Shown here one piece after another: positions 61,557-64,000 of a stretch of 64,000 nt of DNA. Position 1 is the stretch's first letter. Each line of letters begins with the position of its first letter. A program made the translations under genes and the position numbers. Under the pieces are notes generated by a model. The model was given only the letters and a program-made list of their open reading frames with translations, was not told the origin of the DNA and made no database searches. Where the stretch lies: the NCBI RefSeq assembly GCF_009914755.1, contig NC_060926.1. One strand, given 5' to 3'. The stretch comes from the human T2T-CHM13v2.0 reference genome, Homo sapiens.

Positions 61557-64000
<2,444 letters not shown>

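Overview
Human (or very closely related great-ape) genomic DNA matching the chr2p21 MTA3-OXER1-HAAO locus. On the + strand are the last three coding exons of the long MTA3 isoform (6235-6321, 10137-10283, 40629-40654) and its ~3.5 kb 3' UTR. On the - strand are the complete intronless GPCR OXER1 and the last six exons of HAAO, one of which uses a GC-AG intron. The introns are rich in transposons: a near-full-length L1MA carrying a complete THE1C, a Tigger1>Alu>MER11 nest, MER21, MER1B, MER4A1 plus internal sequence, many Alus, and U6 and U2 retrocopies. There is no prokaryote-type system. The most interesting unexplained signals are: (i) several repeat-free, codon-like stretches in the MTA3 3' introns with splice signals, plus a 144-codon alternative frame in the MTA3 terminal exon, which together may be fossil coding exons (a hypothesis only); (ii) a ~90%-identical exon-like duplicated segment bracketing one MTA3 exon; (iii) a zero-spacer inverted Alu pair with mirror-image tails; (iv) a ~78-bp-arm hairpin in MER21; (v) a tailless U2 retrocopy with a perfect 15-bp TSD. 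Repeat subfamily calls come from remembered consensus sequences, not from a database search.
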